From the NCBI GenBank assembly GCA_903879465.1, contig CAIRLQ010000266.1:1-34144 (forward strand): 34,144 bases of DNA. The letters run 5' to 3'. The translations under genes were made by a program, and so were the position numbers. The notes beneath the pieces were generated by a model. The model searched no databases, was not told where the DNA came from, and worked only from the letters and a program-made list of their open reading frames with translations. The first letter of the stretch is position 1. Every line of letters starts with the position of its first letter. Origin of the DNA: an uncultured Opitutia bacterium (lineage in GTDB: Bacteria; Verrucomicrobiota; Verrucomicrobiia; Opitutales; UBA953). Shown in pieces: positions 24,599-34,143 of this stretch.

Positions 24599-26479
24599 TT
24601 ACTTAGCCCTGAAAAGGACCATCAATAAGGATACATCCGCCGGATTCACGCCGCTGATCCGACTGGCTTGGCCCAAGGTCTTCGGCTGAATCGCCTGAAG
24701 TTTTTGGCGAGCTTCAATGCGCAAACCGTAGGCTTTTAAGAAATCAAAGCCTTCAGGCACTTTAAAGGAGTCTAGGTCGTGCAGCTTGCGGGCGTTTCGC
24801 GTTTCGCGCTCTAGATAACCTCGGTATTTAACCCGATACATCACTTCAGCCTGAACTTCGGGAGCTTCAGCTAAGAATGTGGGCGGCAGGTCTTTCGGCG
24901 TGGATTCCCAGTTACGGCGGATGACATCGCCCGCGATCCCGCCCGGAATGGCTAATTTCTCTAAATACTCGATCCAATGGGCGACCTTTTCCGCCTTAGC
25001 TTCAATCCGCACCAGGCGCTCCTTGGGTACGAGCCCGAATTCACTTATTTTATCTTTAAGACGGATTTCAGCGCTGCCGTGATTGAATAAGAGTCGGAAT
25101 TCGGCCCGGCTTGTAAACATCCGGTATGGCTCCTGGGTGCCTTTAGTCACCAAGTCATCGATTAAGACGCCAATATACGCCTCGTCCCGGCCAATTACCA
25201 TTGGGGTTTGGCCTTTAACCTTACAGGAGGCATTGACCCCAGCGACCAGGCCCTGAGCGGCGGCTTCTTCATATCCCGATGTTCCATTAATCTGGCCGGC
25301 AAAGAACAAGCCCTCGACCTTTTTGGACTCCAAGGTGGGGTAGAGCTGGGTGGGGGGTGAAAAATCATACTCCACGGCATAAGCCGGGCGGAGCATCACG
25401 GCTTTTTCCAGACCGGGGATCGAGGCCAACATCTCTAACTGGACGGCAAAGGGCAGGGAGGTCGAAAGGCCATTAATATACCATTCATCTGTATTTCGGC
25501 CCTCGGGCTCGAGATACAGCTTATGGGTATCCTTATCGGAGAACTTCACGAACTTGTCTTCAATGGATGGGCAGTAGCGGGGGCCAACGCCGGTAATCTC
25601 GCCGCCGTAGAGAGGGGAGAGGTGGAGGTTTTCCTGGACTATTTTACCCGTGGCGCAGGTGGCTTCCGTCATCCAGCACGAGACTTGATCGGTTCCCGGG
25701 GCCCAGCCGGGTAGCCGTTCGCCCGCTTGTTCCACGTGGAACAAATCGGTTTTTTGGCGCGTATCATGGAAGGCAAAAAGGGTAGGGGACATATCTCCTG
25801 GCTGCTCCTCGCACTTGCTGAAATCAATGGAGGATCCAAGGATGCGCGGCGGGGTGCCAGTCTTGAGCCTTTGAAGTTCAATTCCAGCCTCTAAGAAACT
25901 GGCTGACAATGACTTAGAACTAAAATCACCCAGCCGACCGCCCTCTGTTTTATTAGCCCCAATGTGCATCAGGCCGCGTAAGAAAGTACCCGTGGTCACC
26001 ACCACCGTTTTACCGTGAAAAGCGAGGTCCAGATTGGTCTGAACCCCGACCACAGCGCCGTCCTTAAAAATGAGCCCAGTGACCTGCGCCTGGAAGATAG
26101 TCAGCCCGGGTTGTAGCTCGCAGAGGTGTTTCATCCGGAACTGGTAGGCTTTCTTGTCGCACTGGGCACGGGGGGCTTGGACGGCCGGACCCTTGGAGGA
26201 GTTCAGCAGGCGGAATTGGATGCCGGTGACGTCGGCGGTCAGGCCCATCTCACCCCCCAGGGCATCGATCTCGCGGACGATGTGGCCCTTAGCCTGCCCC
26301 CCGATGGCGGGGTTGCAGCTCATCTGGGCGATGGTGTCGACGTTGCCCGTGAGGAGCAGAACATCGACCCCCATGCGGGCGGCGGCCAGGGCAGCTTCCA
26401 CGCCGGCATGGCCGGCCCCGCAGACGATGACGTCGTAGGGGCGGTCGGGCCCGAGGCGGATTTGTTTGTGAGGTCGCAT
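24599..26479 (-). CDS. mnmG: tRNA uridine 5-carboxymethylaminomethyl modification enzyme MnmG (GidA)
   Basis: FAD motif [23 protein letters not shown], conserved [32 protein letters not shown] 26479 has a GAGGGAG Shine-Dalgarno 5 nt upstream. An alternative GTG at 26506 overlaps the mnmE stop. Confidence 0.93.
   Translation of the reverse strand: MRPHKQIRLGPDRPYDVIVCGAGHAGVEAALAAARMGVDVLLLTGNVDTIAQMSCNPAIGGQAKGHIVREIDALGGEMGLTADVTGIQFRLLNSSKGPAVQAPRAQCDKKAYQFRMKHLCELQPGLTIFQAQVTGLIFKDGAVVGVQTNLDLAFHGKTVVVTTGTFLRGLMHIGANKTEGGRLGDFSSKSLSASFLEAGIELQRLKTGTPPRILGSSIDFSKCEEQPGDMSPTLFAFHDTRQKTDLFHVEQAGERLPGWAPGTDQVSCWMTEATCATGKIVQENLHLSPLYGGEITGVGPRYCPSIEDKFVKFSDKDTHKLYLEPEGRNTDEWYINGLSTSLPFAVQLEMLASIPGLEKAVMLRPAYAVEYDFSPPTQLYPTLESKKVEGLFFAGQINGTSGYEEAAAQGLVAGVNASCKVKGQTPMVIGRDEAYIGVLIDDLVTKGTQEPYRMFTSRAEFRLLFNHGSAEIRLKDKISEFGLVPKERLVRIEAKAEKVAHWIEYLEKLAIPGGIAGDVIRRNWESTPKDLPPTFLAEAPEVQAEVMYRVKYRGYLERETRNARKLHDLDSFKVPEGFDFLKAYGLRIEARQKLQAIQPKTLGQASRISGVNPADVSLLMVLFRAK
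25727..25744. repeat. Perfect 18-bp palindrome TTGTTCCACGTGGAACAA, copy 2 (inside the mnmG coding sequence)
   Basis: Read directly from the sequence. Encodes part of LFHVEQ in mnmG. Contains the same 16-bp core as 24561-24576. Confidence 0.95.
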
Positions 26480-26502
26480 AGGCGCTCCCTCACCGGAGGG
26501 AA

Positions 26503-27861
26503 TCACTTCCCTATGCAGAAGGAAGCAAAGAGCTTGTCCAGCATACGCTCATTATCAATGCGCCCAACAATCTCCCCCAATGCGTCCAGGGCCACCCGTC
26601 CTTGGGCGGCCGCGAGTTCCGTTTGAATCGGAGCCTTAAGATGTTGGGCGGCCTCCGTAAGGGCGGACGCTGCCCGGGAAAGGGCTTCGGCGTGGCGCAC
26701 GCTGATCACGAGGTCCTCGGCGCCCGGGGCGATCTCCTTGGCCACGAGGAACACGCCGAGCTTCGCGCGGAGTGTTTCGGCGTCGCGTCCGTCGAGCAGG
26801 CAGGCGGAAATTTTTGTGAGCGTTGGGAGGAAGTTTGTCTGCGCGGGATGCGAGGGCAAATCGGACTTGTTGGCGACGATGAGTGAGCGCGCGGGATCGA
26901 GCAGGGCGATGAGTTCAGCGGGCAGGGTAGGGGGCTCTGCCGAAGCATCGACGACGAGAAGAAGTAGATGCGCCCCGCGTGCTTGTTCTAACGCCCGCGC
27001 CATACCGAGGGTCTCGAGCGCCGAGCCACCTTCACGGAGTCCGGCCGTGTCAATCGCCGTGACGGCGAGCGGCAGCCCGGCGACGGGTGCTTCCAAGTAG
27101 TCGCGCGTCGTCCCGGCTTCGGGGCTGACAATCGCCCGATCAGCTCCGGCGAGGACGTTGAGTAGGCTCGATTTTCCGGCATTGGGCGCGCCGACCACGG
27201 CGACGCGGAGGCCACTGCGGAGGGCGCCATCATGCTTGGCGGTCTTGGCGTATCCAGAAAGTTCTGACACCATTTCGTACAAGCGGGCCAAGGGCCCGCG
27301 GGGGTCTTCGGGCGGCAAGTCTTCTTCGGGGAAATCGATGTGTGCCTCGAGTTCGGCGAGGATCTGCAGCGTCCGGTCCGTCCAGCCGGCGACCTGGCGG
27401 CCGAGTTCGCCGGCGAGCATACGGCGGGCGGAGGCGAGCGCTCGCTCGGAACTGGCGTGGATTAGGTCGGCGACGGCTTCGGCCTGGGTGAGATCGATTC
27501 GGCCGGCGAGATAGGAGCGGCGCGTGAACTCGCCGGGTTCAGCGAGACGGCATCCGCGCGCGAGACAGTCTTCGGTGATCCGGCGAACGAGCAACGGATT
27601 GCCATGACACGTGACCTCGAGCGAATCGTTGCCGGTGAAGGAACGTCCGGCGTGCCAGAGCACAGCAACCACCTGATCGACGGCTTCGCCGGTGCGGTTT
27701 CGCCAGATGCCGAGTGTCGATTGTTTTTCAATGAGCGGCGTGCGCCGGCTGAAGGCCTCCTGGGCGATTTGCGCAGCCAAGGGACCGTCGACCCGGATGA
27801 CCGCCAGGGCTGAGCGGCCGGCGGGTGTCGCGGCGGCGACGATGGTCTCAGAGGCGGGCAT
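26503..27861 (-). CDS. mnmE: tRNA modification GTPase MnmE (TrmE)
   Basis: N-terminus [26 protein letters not shown] parallels the E. coli [22 protein letters not shown]. G1 [13 protein letters not shown]3 DTAGLRE, G4 NKSDL, C-terminal FCIGK. ORF opens at TTG 27906, but ATG 27861 is preferred. Confidence 0.93.
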   Translation of the reverse strand: MPASETIVAAATPAGRSALAVIRVDGPLAAQIAQEAFSRRTPLIEKQSTLGIWRNRTGEAVDQVVAVLWHAGRSFTGNDSLEVTCHGNPLLVRRITEDCLARGCRLAEPGEFTRRSYLAGRIDLTQAEAVADLIHASSERALASARRMLAGELGRQVAGWTDRTLQILAELEAHIDFPEEDLPPEDPRGPLARLYEMVSELSGYAKTAKHDGALRSGLRVAVVGAPNAGKSSLLNVLAGADRAIVSPEAGTTRDYLEAPVAGLPLAVTAIDTAGLREGGSALETLGMARALEQARGAHLLLLVVDASAEPPTLPAELIALLDPARSLIVANKSDLPSHPAQTNFLPTLTKISACLLDGRDAETLRAKLGVFLVAKEIAPGAEDLVISVRHAEALSRAASALTEAAQHLKAPIQTELAAAQGRVALDALGEIVGRIDNERMLDKLFASFCIGK

Positions 27862-27977
27862 GAATCGGTGAAACGCCATCCCAAGGGGCGAGGGGAGGGG
27901 AGGCAAGCGGTGTCATACATCCGCAAAAAGGCTGGAAGGGAAGGGCGGGCCTGCCACAGTCCGCCAGAGACACCACC

Positions 27978-29234
27978 GTGGAAAACCACCGCTTCCTTCT
28001 TCCTGATTCGGCCCGCCAGATTGCGGCGGCCCATGGCACCCCTTGCTATGTCTATGACCAGGCCACCCTCGAGGCTCAGGCCGATGCTATGTTGGCCTTT
28101 CCTAATGCCTATGGGGTGACGGTACGGTTCGCCATGAAGGCCTGCCCGAACGCCTCGGTGCTGAAGATCTTCGCCAACAAAGGTCTCCATTTTGACGCCA
28201 GTTCCGGCTGGGAGGTTCGCCGGGCGATCCATGCCGGGATTCCCGCCGAGCGTCTCTCACTCTCCTCTCAGGAGCTGCCAGAGGATTTCCCCTCTCTTCT
28301 TAATAAGGGAGTCCACGTAAACGCCTGCTCCCTCCTCCAGCTTGAACGAATCGGCCAAGCCCTCCCCGGCCACGAGGTCGGTTTGCGCTTCAACCCCGGA
28401 CGTGGATCGGGTGGCACAGGCAAGACGAACGTCGGCGGGCCAGACTCATCCTTTGGTATCTGGCATGAGTGGGCCGACCAAGCCCAGGCCATCGTGAAGC
28501 AATACGGCCTGAAGGTCGTCCGCATCCATACCCATATCGGTTCGGGCAGCGACCCCGTTATCTGGCAGGAAGTCTCCGCGGCGAGCCTCGCGCTCGTCAG
28601 CCGTTTCCCGACCGTGCAGACCCTCAACCTTGGCGGGGGTTACAAGGTTGCACGCGTCGCAGCAGAAAAAGGCACCGACCCGCAGATTGTCGGGTCGCCA
28701 GTCAAAATCGCTTTTGAGAAATTTGCGCAGACCGACGGGAGAAAACTCCGCTTGGAGATCGAGCCGGGCACCTTCCTCGTCGCCAATGCGGGCGCGGTGC
28801 TCTCTCGGGTCCAGGACATTGTTTCCACGGGCCTCCACGAATTCCTCAAGCTCGATACGGGCATGACGGAAATTTTGCGTCCATCTCTTTACGGTTCGCA
28901 GCATCCAGCGTATCTTTATCCCGCTTCGCCGACGACGGCCGTGAAGAATTACGTCATCGTCGGGCATTGCTGTGAATCCGGAGATCTCATCAGCTGCGCT
29001 CCCGGCGAACCCGAGACGCTCGCAGCGCGGCCGCTGCCAGAAGCCAAGGCCGGCGACTTATGTGTCATCGGCGGCGCGGGCGCCTATTGTGCCGGCATGA
29101 GTACGAAGAACTACAACTCTTTCCCCGAGGCGCCCGAAGTTCTGCTTCGTCGCGACGGCAAGTTCGCGCTGATCCGTCGCCGGCAGACGCTCGAACAGAT
29201 CATCCAGAACGAGACGCCGGCGGAAGGTCTCTGA
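27978..29234 (+). CDS. lysA: Diaminopimelate decarboxylase
   Basis: TPCYVYD, PLP-lysine context [44 protein letters not shown] start. Confidence 0.88.
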   Translation: MENHRFLLPDSARQIAAAHGTPCYVYDQATLEAQADAMLAFPNAYGVTVRFAMKACPNASVLKIFANKGLHFDASSGWEVRRAIHAGIPAERLSLSSQELPEDFPSLLNKGVHVNACSLLQLERIGQALPGHEVGLRFNPGRGSGGTGKTNVGGPDSSFGIWHEWADQAQAIVKQYGLKVVRIHTHIGSGSDPVIWQEVSAASLALVSRFPTVQTLNLGGGYKVARVAAEKGTDPQIVGSPVKIAFEKFAQTDGRKLRLEIEPGTFLVANAGAVLSRVQDIVSTGLHEFLKLDTGMTEILRPSLYGSQHPAYLYPASPTTAVKNYVIVGHCCESGDLISCAPGEPETLAARPLPEAKAGDLCVIGGAGAYCAGMSTKNYNSFPEAPEVLLRRDGKFALIRRRQTLEQIIQNETPAEGL

Positions 29235-29237
29235 GCT

Positions 29238-30695
29238 GTGGCGCTGGTCTCTCCGAAATTAGGGCAATTGGTGCCGGACTCTCCGCACGCCACGGTCGTG
29301 TGCCTGCCGACGCTGGCCGACGTTGAAAGCTACGAGCGCCGCGAGGCACGCGTGTGGGATCTACTCCGCGGAGGTTACCCTCGTTTCGTGCGTAATGCTC
29401 TGGTCGAGGAGGCCGCGCGCGCCGCCGCCGCTCAATTCAACCGCCAAGGGGAACGATTCCCCCTGAGTTCAGCCCGCACGGCGCGCCGTTTGGCCGAACA
29501 TGCCCGTGCCCCGATCACATCGCTCGACGAACTCGGCGACTGGTGCCTACTGACGACTCCAGCTGGCGAAGCCGCCGATCGGCTTGCCAAGTTAGTTCAA
29601 CACACGGGAACATTGATTTCATCGCGCCAGGCCGAAGCTTGGCTCAAGGGAGCTACCTCGACGACTTCGGTGGCATTCCGCCGGATTATTCAGGAAAGTC
29701 TCTCGCCCTATTTTTCGGGCGTCGATGCGGCTGACTTGCTGATTACCACTTCGGGCATGAATGCGGTGGACGCCGCGATTCACGCTGTCGATACGGTGCA
29801 ACGCCCGCACGGTCGGAAGGATTGGATTCAACTGGGCTGGCTGTATGTCGACTCGACGCGCTTATTAGAAAAGGCTCTCGATGCCCGGCACCATTTTGTG
29901 ACGGATGTCCAGGATCTCGCTTCCGTCGAGCGCCTGCTCGCCACTGGCGGCATTGCCGGGGTTTTCACCGAGGTACCTAATAATCCTCAGCTGGAGACCG
30001 CCGACATTCCGGCGTTGCGGGCGTTGTGCGACAAGTATTCTGCCAAACTCATTCTCGACCCAAGCAGTGTGGGGGTTGCGAATGTCGACGTCCTCCCTTT
30101 CGCCGACGTCGTCGCCTCGAGCTTGACCAAGTATGCCGCCGCTACGGGCGATGTGATGGCCGGTGTTTTGGTGGTGAATCTCCCTCGGGCAGATGGCGCG
30201 GAACTTCTGTACGCGGCGCGTGCGAGATATGAACCGCTCCACGTGCTCGATGCGCAGGCATTATCGACGCAGGTCGGAAAACTCTCCGAGGTCTCCGCCC
30301 GGCTCTCGGCCACTGCGTCAGAGATCGCGAGCCGACTTTCTCGTCATCCAGCCGTCGCCCGCGTCCGCACGGCTGATCAAGGAGCGACCGCTGCTGCCTA
30401 TCGGCGACTTCAGCGTCCCGGTACCGGCCCAGGGGCCTTGATCACCGTTGAGCTGCGCGAAGACATGCGCAGCGTCTACGATCGGCTCGAGCTCGTGAAG
30501 GGCCCTAGTTTCGGACTCGGCTTCACCTTGGTCGCACCGTTCCTTTGGCTGGCGCATTTCACGGAAGTCACCACCGAAGTGGGCCGGGCGCAAATCCGGT
30601 CTGCCGGGCTTGACCCGGATTTACTCCGCGTCTCCGTCGGCCTCGAGCCAGTGGAAGAAATCTGGGCCGCGTTCGAGCGGGCTCTCTCTAAATAA
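29238..30695 (+). CDS. Cys/Met-metabolism PLP-dependent enzyme (cystathionine gamma-synthase-like), long form (485 aa)
   Basis: N-terminal H.T.V..P....V..YE...GYPRF block. PLP-lysine context SSLTKYAAATGDVMAG. C-terminal LLRVSVGLEPVEEIWAAFERAL, typical of the family. GTG start 3 nt after the lysA stop. Confidence 0.7.
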   Translation: MALVSPKLGQLVPDSPHATVVCLPTLADVESYERREARVWDLLRGGYPRFVRNALVEEAARAAAAQFNRQGERFPLSSARTARRLAEHARAPITSLDELGDWCLLTTPAGEAADRLAKLVQHTGTLISSRQAEAWLKGATSTTSVAFRRIIQESLSPYFSGVDAADLLITTSGMNAVDAAIHAVDTVQRPHGRKDWIQLGWLYVDSTRLLEKALDARHHFVTDVQDLASVERLLATGGIAGVFTEVPNNPQLETADIPALRALCDKYSAKLILDPSSVGVANVDVLPFADVVASSLTKYAAATGDVMAGVLVVNLPRADGAELLYAARARYEPLHVLDAQALSTQVGKLSEVSARLSATASEIASRLSRHPAVARVRTADQGATAAAYRRLQRPGTGPGALITVELREDMRSVYDRLELVKGPSFGLGFTLVAPFLWLAHFTEVTTEVGRAQIRSAGLDPDLLRVSVGLEPVEEIWAAFERALSK

Positions 30696-30696
30696 A

Positions 30697-30720
30697 GCAA
30701 CCCGCCGGTTGGCGGGTTGC
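30697..30720 (-). terminator. Rho-independent terminator for the minus-strand secreted-protein gene (possibly also stops the convergent plus-strand operon)
   Basis: GCAACCCGCC-ggtt-GGCGGGTTGC, a perfect 10-bp stem. On the minus strand it is followed by TTTATTTA. No T-run on the plus side. Confidence 0.65.
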
Positions 30721-30727
30721 GAGTGGG

Positions 30728-31192
30728 TCAGTTGGACTCCACAGGTTTTTCTTCGGGCTCCTCGACGTCTTCCTCATGGTCTTCGGCCTTGGCCCCGCTT
30801 TTCTTGGAGCCGCCCTTTTTAGCGGCTCGAGCCTTCAGCATGCGCTCGCGGAATGCCGCGCGCTCCTTGTCCTGGATGGTCGCGGCCCCTTCGTCGACCT
30901 TGGCCAGCCCAGCATCGAAGGCTTTGCGGTAGGCCTCTTCCGAGGCTGTCGACTTCTTCCGGGCGGCCTTATACTCGGCGAGGGCTTTATGGGTCATGGC
31001 CCGGTCGGCCTTGGACTGCTGCTCCGCCGAGAGCACTTCTGGCAGTTCATGGGTCGCCTTACGTGCCGCGACGAGCCGGGCATGCTCGGGGTCGGGCGTA
31101 TGGCCCTCGTCTTTAGCGGGGGCTGCGGTGAGCTGAGTGTGGAGGCCGAGGGCCAGAAGGACCGCGGCGAGGGACTGTTTGGTAGTTATCAT
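30728..31192 (-). CDS. Hypothetical secreted helical protein, Lys/Ala/Glu-rich with an acidic disordered tail (possibly Spy/CpxP-like)
   Basis: Signal peptide MITTKQSLAAVLLALGLHTQLTAA. Helix-prone body with an LSAEQ (LTXXQ-like) motif. C-terminal KKGGSKKSGAKAEDHEEDVEEPEEKPVESN. Family assignment is weak. Confidence 0.5.
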   Translation of the reverse strand: MITTKQSLAAVLLALGLHTQLTAAPAKDEGHTPDPEHARLVAARKATHELPEVLSAEQQSKADRAMTHKALAEYKAARKKSTASEEAYRKAFDAGLAKVDEGAATIQDKERAAFRERMLKARAAKKGGSKKSGAKAEDHEEDVEEPEEKPVESN

Positions 31193-31269
31193 GGTTGTTA
31201 GTGGGAACGGGCTTGAAGGAAGCCTGTCCTAATTGGACAATACAAGTGCCTCTCCCTGAGGTTCACCCC

Positions 31270-32430
31270 ATGAGCTTATCCCCCCGTCTTTGGCTGGGCA
31301 TCTTCCTGATGTTACCGCTGGTTCTTTCGGCGCAGAAAAAAGGCCGCGTCGCTGGTCCTATGGAAATGACGCCCTTGGCAGCGATGCCATCGCTGCCCGA
31401 TGCCTTTCCGCAGGTCGTCGGCACGCAGATCATCGGCCCGGCGTATAAGTTCACTAAGGAAGACGCCGTTCTCGAAGCCGCGAAGGGCATCAGCCAGATG
31501 GGGTCGCGCATCCTGAAGATCAATGTCCAGATGCCCGCGCAGCTGACGGGATACATGGCGATGCCTTTCACGCATTACATCATCTGGTATCGTTCCAATG
31601 GCGACTGGGTGAGCGGCTTCACGCCCGAAATGAAACGCCGCGAATACAACGCTATCTACGCTTTTACCAAGGACCTCCTCACTCGCTACGATGCGACTGG
31701 GAAGACTTTTTTCATCGGACATTGGGAGGGCGACTGGTACCTGCTTCCTGATCAGGATGTCAAAAAAGATGTCACGCCCGAAGCCGCCGCTGCGATGGTC
31801 GAATGGCTTAATGTCCGGCAGCAGGCGGTGGATGACGCCCGCGCCGAAGTCCCTTACAGCAAGTGCCGCGTCTACACCTACACGGAAGTGAACCGGGTGC
31901 GCGACGCGATGAAGGATGGCAAGAAGCGCCTGGTGAACGCCGTGCTGCCAAAGGTGAACGTCGATTTCGTGTCCTACTCCGCCTACGATTCGCAGCTCCT
32001 CTCCGCCGAAGACGTGCGGGCTACGCTCGACTATATCAACGGCCAGATTCCCCCCAAGCCCGGGTTGCCGGCGAAGCGGGTTTTCATCGGTGAATGTGGT
32101 TTGGCTTGGGCCTATTGCGGTGGGGACGGAGCCGTGCATGAGAAAAAGAATCGCGAGATTCTCAGCAAGTTCCTCAGCTGGCGGCCAGCCTTCGTGCTCT
32201 TCTGGCAATATTACAATAACGAGGTCAAAGATGGTCAGCAGGTCGGCTTCTGGCTGATTGATAATAAGAATAAGAAGACGCCGCTGTATGATACGCTGAC
32301 CGAACTTTTTGCCGCCCAAGAGCAACTCGGCCGCGACATCAAGATGCGCTCCCGCCGGCTCCCCGCACTCGAGGAGGTTGCCACGTTCAGCGAGAATTGG
32401 CTCACCGCCCGCGGCACCGCGACCAAGTGA
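31270..32430 (+). CDS. Hypothetical secreted protein, possible clan GH-A (TIM-barrel) glycoside hydrolase
   Basis: Signal peptide MSLSPRLWLGIFLMLPLVLSAQ at ATG 31270. Spacing of FFIGHWEGDW (acid/base-like Glu), SYSAYD and VFIGECG (nucleophile-like Glu) resembles beta4/beta6/beta7 of clan A hydrolases. No family recognised. Confidence 0.5.
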   Translation: MSLSPRLWLGIFLMLPLVLSAQKKGRVAGPMEMTPLAAMPSLPDAFPQVVGTQIIGPAYKFTKEDAVLEAAKGISQMGSRILKINVQMPAQLTGYMAMPFTHYIIWYRSNGDWVSGFTPEMKRREYNAIYAFTKDLLTRYDATGKTFFIGHWEGDWYLLPDQDVKKDVTPEAAAAMVEWLNVRQQAVDDARAEVPYSKCRVYTYTEVNRVRDAMKDGKKRLVNAVLPKVNVDFVSYSAYDSQLLSAEDVRATLDYINGQIPPKPGLPAKRVFIGECGLAWAYCGGDGAVHEKKNREILSKFLSWRPAFVLFWQYYNNEVKDGQQVGFWLIDNKNKKTPLYDTLTELFAAQEQLGRDIKMRSRRLPALEEVATFSENWLTARGTATK

Positions 32431-32478
32431 GGCGGACTCCGGGCTTGAGGTTATTCCGCCCCCACTGAAATTAACGAC

Positions 32479-33177
32479 ATGCGCAACAAGCTCTTCATGG
32501 AAGGTCTCGGCACCTTCCTGCTGTGCGTGGCCTCGATGATGAGTTCGAGTCCGATCAACGTCGCGGCCATCCTTTGTGCGTTGGTCTATCTCGGAGGGCC
32601 AATTTCCGGTGCCCAATATAATCCGGCCGTGACCTTGGCGCTTCGCCTACGCGGCCGCTTGGGTTCGCGGTCGATGGCTTCCTTTATCGCGATCCAGTTT
32701 GCGGCGGCCTTACTGGCGGCTTTGTTCGTCGGCCTGATCTCCGTGCACGACAATGCGCGCACTAAGGACGTCGTCGACGCCTTGAGCGAGCCGGCCTTTG
32801 GGGATTTCTGGGCAGCGTCCGCCGTCAGCCTTCTGGGGGTGTTCTTCCTGGCCTTGGTCATCCTCATGGTGGCGACTTCCCGCCTGACCTCGGGGAATAG
32901 TTATTTCGGAGTGGCCATCGCGCTCGCGTATCTCGGCCTCGCTGGGACTTTCACTGAATTCAAGCCGGACCTAAATCCCGCCTTCAGCCTTGCGTCCGCC
33001 TTGCAGGGGTGCGCCATCGCCCTGTTCGGTGTTGACGGCAATGCCGGCGCGTTCGGCAAGGAATTCGTCTATCTCGCGAAAATGTCCCCGCGGGTGTTTG
33101 CAGATATTGTGGTCGAGCTGATGGGCGGAGCGCTGGCGGCATTTACTTTCCGCCGTCTCTTCCCGGAGGATCGTTGA
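32479..33177 (+). CDS. MIP-family channel (aquaporin-like), atypical second hemipore
   Basis: GGPISGAQYNPAVTLAL (first NPA) and PDLNPAFSLASAL (second NPA). Six hydrophobic segments. 232 aa. Confidence 0.8.
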   Translation: MRNKLFMEGLGTFLLCVASMMSSSPINVAAILCALVYLGGPISGAQYNPAVTLALRLRGRLGSRSMASFIAIQFAAALLAALFVGLISVHDNARTKDVVDALSEPAFGDFWAASAVSLLGVFFLALVILMVATSRLTSGNSYFGVAIALAYLGLAGTFTEFKPDLNPAFSLASALQGCAIALFGVDGNAGAFGKEFVYLAKMSPRVFADIVVELMGGALAAFTFRRLFPEDR

Positions 33178-33227
33178 AATCTGATGGGATGGCTTGAATC
33201 GGGCAGGGGAGCCGCCAAGGTGACGGT

Positions 33228-33611
33228 ATGAACCCGCTCTTCACCGCCCATAAGCATTACGGTACACTGCTCCTTGCGCTCGTCCTCGCTGTCATTGTCG
33301 TCGCCCTGACCAAGGGCCCGAAGCCCGTCTTCCAGCGCATCGTCGCCGTCCTCGTCGACATCAACCTCGTCGTGGGTCTCGTCGCCCTTTTCCAGACTTC
33401 CCGTCCAATCTCCTGGTTTCATCCGATTCTCGCGTTGGGCGCGGTAGCCTTCTTGCACATTGGGGCTAAGAGCGAAGATAAGTCCAAGGTAGTACGCTGC
33501 TTCTCGATCGCCCTCGTCTTACTGGTCGCCGCTTGGGCCGTCAACGCGTCCTGGGGGCCGGAATGGTTCAAGCTGAACTTCGTTAAGCTGCCCGCGGTCA
33601 TCGCCAAGTAA
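33228..33611 (+). CDS. Hypothetical small integral membrane protein (about 4 TM)
   Basis: Only coherent ORF here. Hydrophobic helices (LLLALVLAVIVVAL, IVAVLVDINLVVGLVALF, ILALGAVAFLHI, FSIALVLLVAAWAV). Followed by a terminator. Confidence 0.5.
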   Translation: MNPLFTAHKHYGTLLLALVLAVIVVALTKGPKPVFQRIVAVLVDINLVVGLVALFQTSRPISWFHPILALGAVAFLHIGAKSEDKSKVVRCFSIALVLLVAAWAVNASWGPEWFKLNFVKLPAVIAK

Positions 33612-33636
33612 GCCTTTAAGACACGGTCAGGTGACG

Positions 33637-33668
33637 ACGGCCCGGACATTGTCCGGGCCGTTTGACTT
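33637..33668 (+). terminator. Rho-independent terminator
   Basis: ACGGCCCGGAC-att-GTCCGGGCCGT, a perfect 11-bp stem, followed by TTTGACTT. Starts 26 nt after the stop at 33611. Confidence 0.6.
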
Positions 33669-33714
33669 CCCATTGACCCGAGGCTTGTTGGGGAGACAAT
33701 CACTGCAATCGTCG

Positions 33715-34143
33715 GATGTATCGCCTCGCCCTTAACATGCTCTTCGGAGATCGCGCCAAACTGGCGATGCTCCTCTGCGGGTTGGCGTTCTCGGCGTTAC
33801 TGATGGCCCAGCAGAGTTCGGTCTTCTTCGGCATCATGAGTTGGACTTACACGCCGATGGTCAACATCCGCGCGCAGGTCTGGGTCAGCGACCCGATGGT
33901 CGAGCAGGTTAACGACGCCAAACCTCTCCGCGATACGGATCTCGGGCGCGTCCGCTCCGTCGATGGCGTCGCCTGGGCCGCCCCACTCCACACTTCCTTT
34001 GTTCAGGCGCGCATGCAGGACGGCAACTTCAAGTTGATCACGCTCGTCGGCATCGACGCCGACACCTTCGCGGGAGCCCCGGCCGTCCTCACGCAGGGGC
34101 GCATCGAGGACCTGCGCCTCCCCGATACGGTCATCGTCGATGA
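33715..34143 (+). CDS. ABC transporter permease, FtsX/MacB/DevC-like, 3'-truncated by the window edge
   Basis: ATG 33715 is open to the window end, so it is absent from the ORF track (no stop). N-terminus MYRLALNMLFGDRAKLAMLLCGLAFSALLMAQQSSVFFG (first TM), then a periplasmic-domain-like region (DLGRVRSVDGVAWAAP...LVGID), as in DevC/MacB-type permeases. Confidence 0.55.

Noticed and set aside
27462-28232. 256-aa minus-strand ORF bridging the mnmE 5' end and the lysA 5' end
   Set aside because: It overlaps two well-supported genes on both strands, is Pro/Arg/Ser-rich and has no recognisable domain.
31312-32616. 434-aa ORF on the minus strand, longer than the plus-strand gene it overlaps
   Set aside because: Its composition is Arg/Gly/His/Ala-rich with no motif, signal or domain I can recognise. 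It mirrors a well-formed plus-strand gene that has a signal peptide and ordinary composition. This is a typical shadow ORF in GC-rich DNA.
33190-33205. Sigma54-like element TGGCTTGAATCGGGCA (GG-N10-GC spacing) 23 nt upstream of the small membrane protein gene
   Set aside because: Only the GG/GC dinucleotides and spacing fit, and such matches are frequent by chance in GC-rich DNA. It is also too close to the ATG for a typical leader. No other TGGCAC-N5-TTGC site was seen near the NtrC-like gene.
33673-33700. Sigma70-like promoter TTGACC-N16-GACAAT upstream of the ABC permease gene
   Set aside because: It is plausible but unsupported. The promoter consensus of this lineage is unknown to me, and the implied leader would be under 10 nt. 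It is not listed as a feature.
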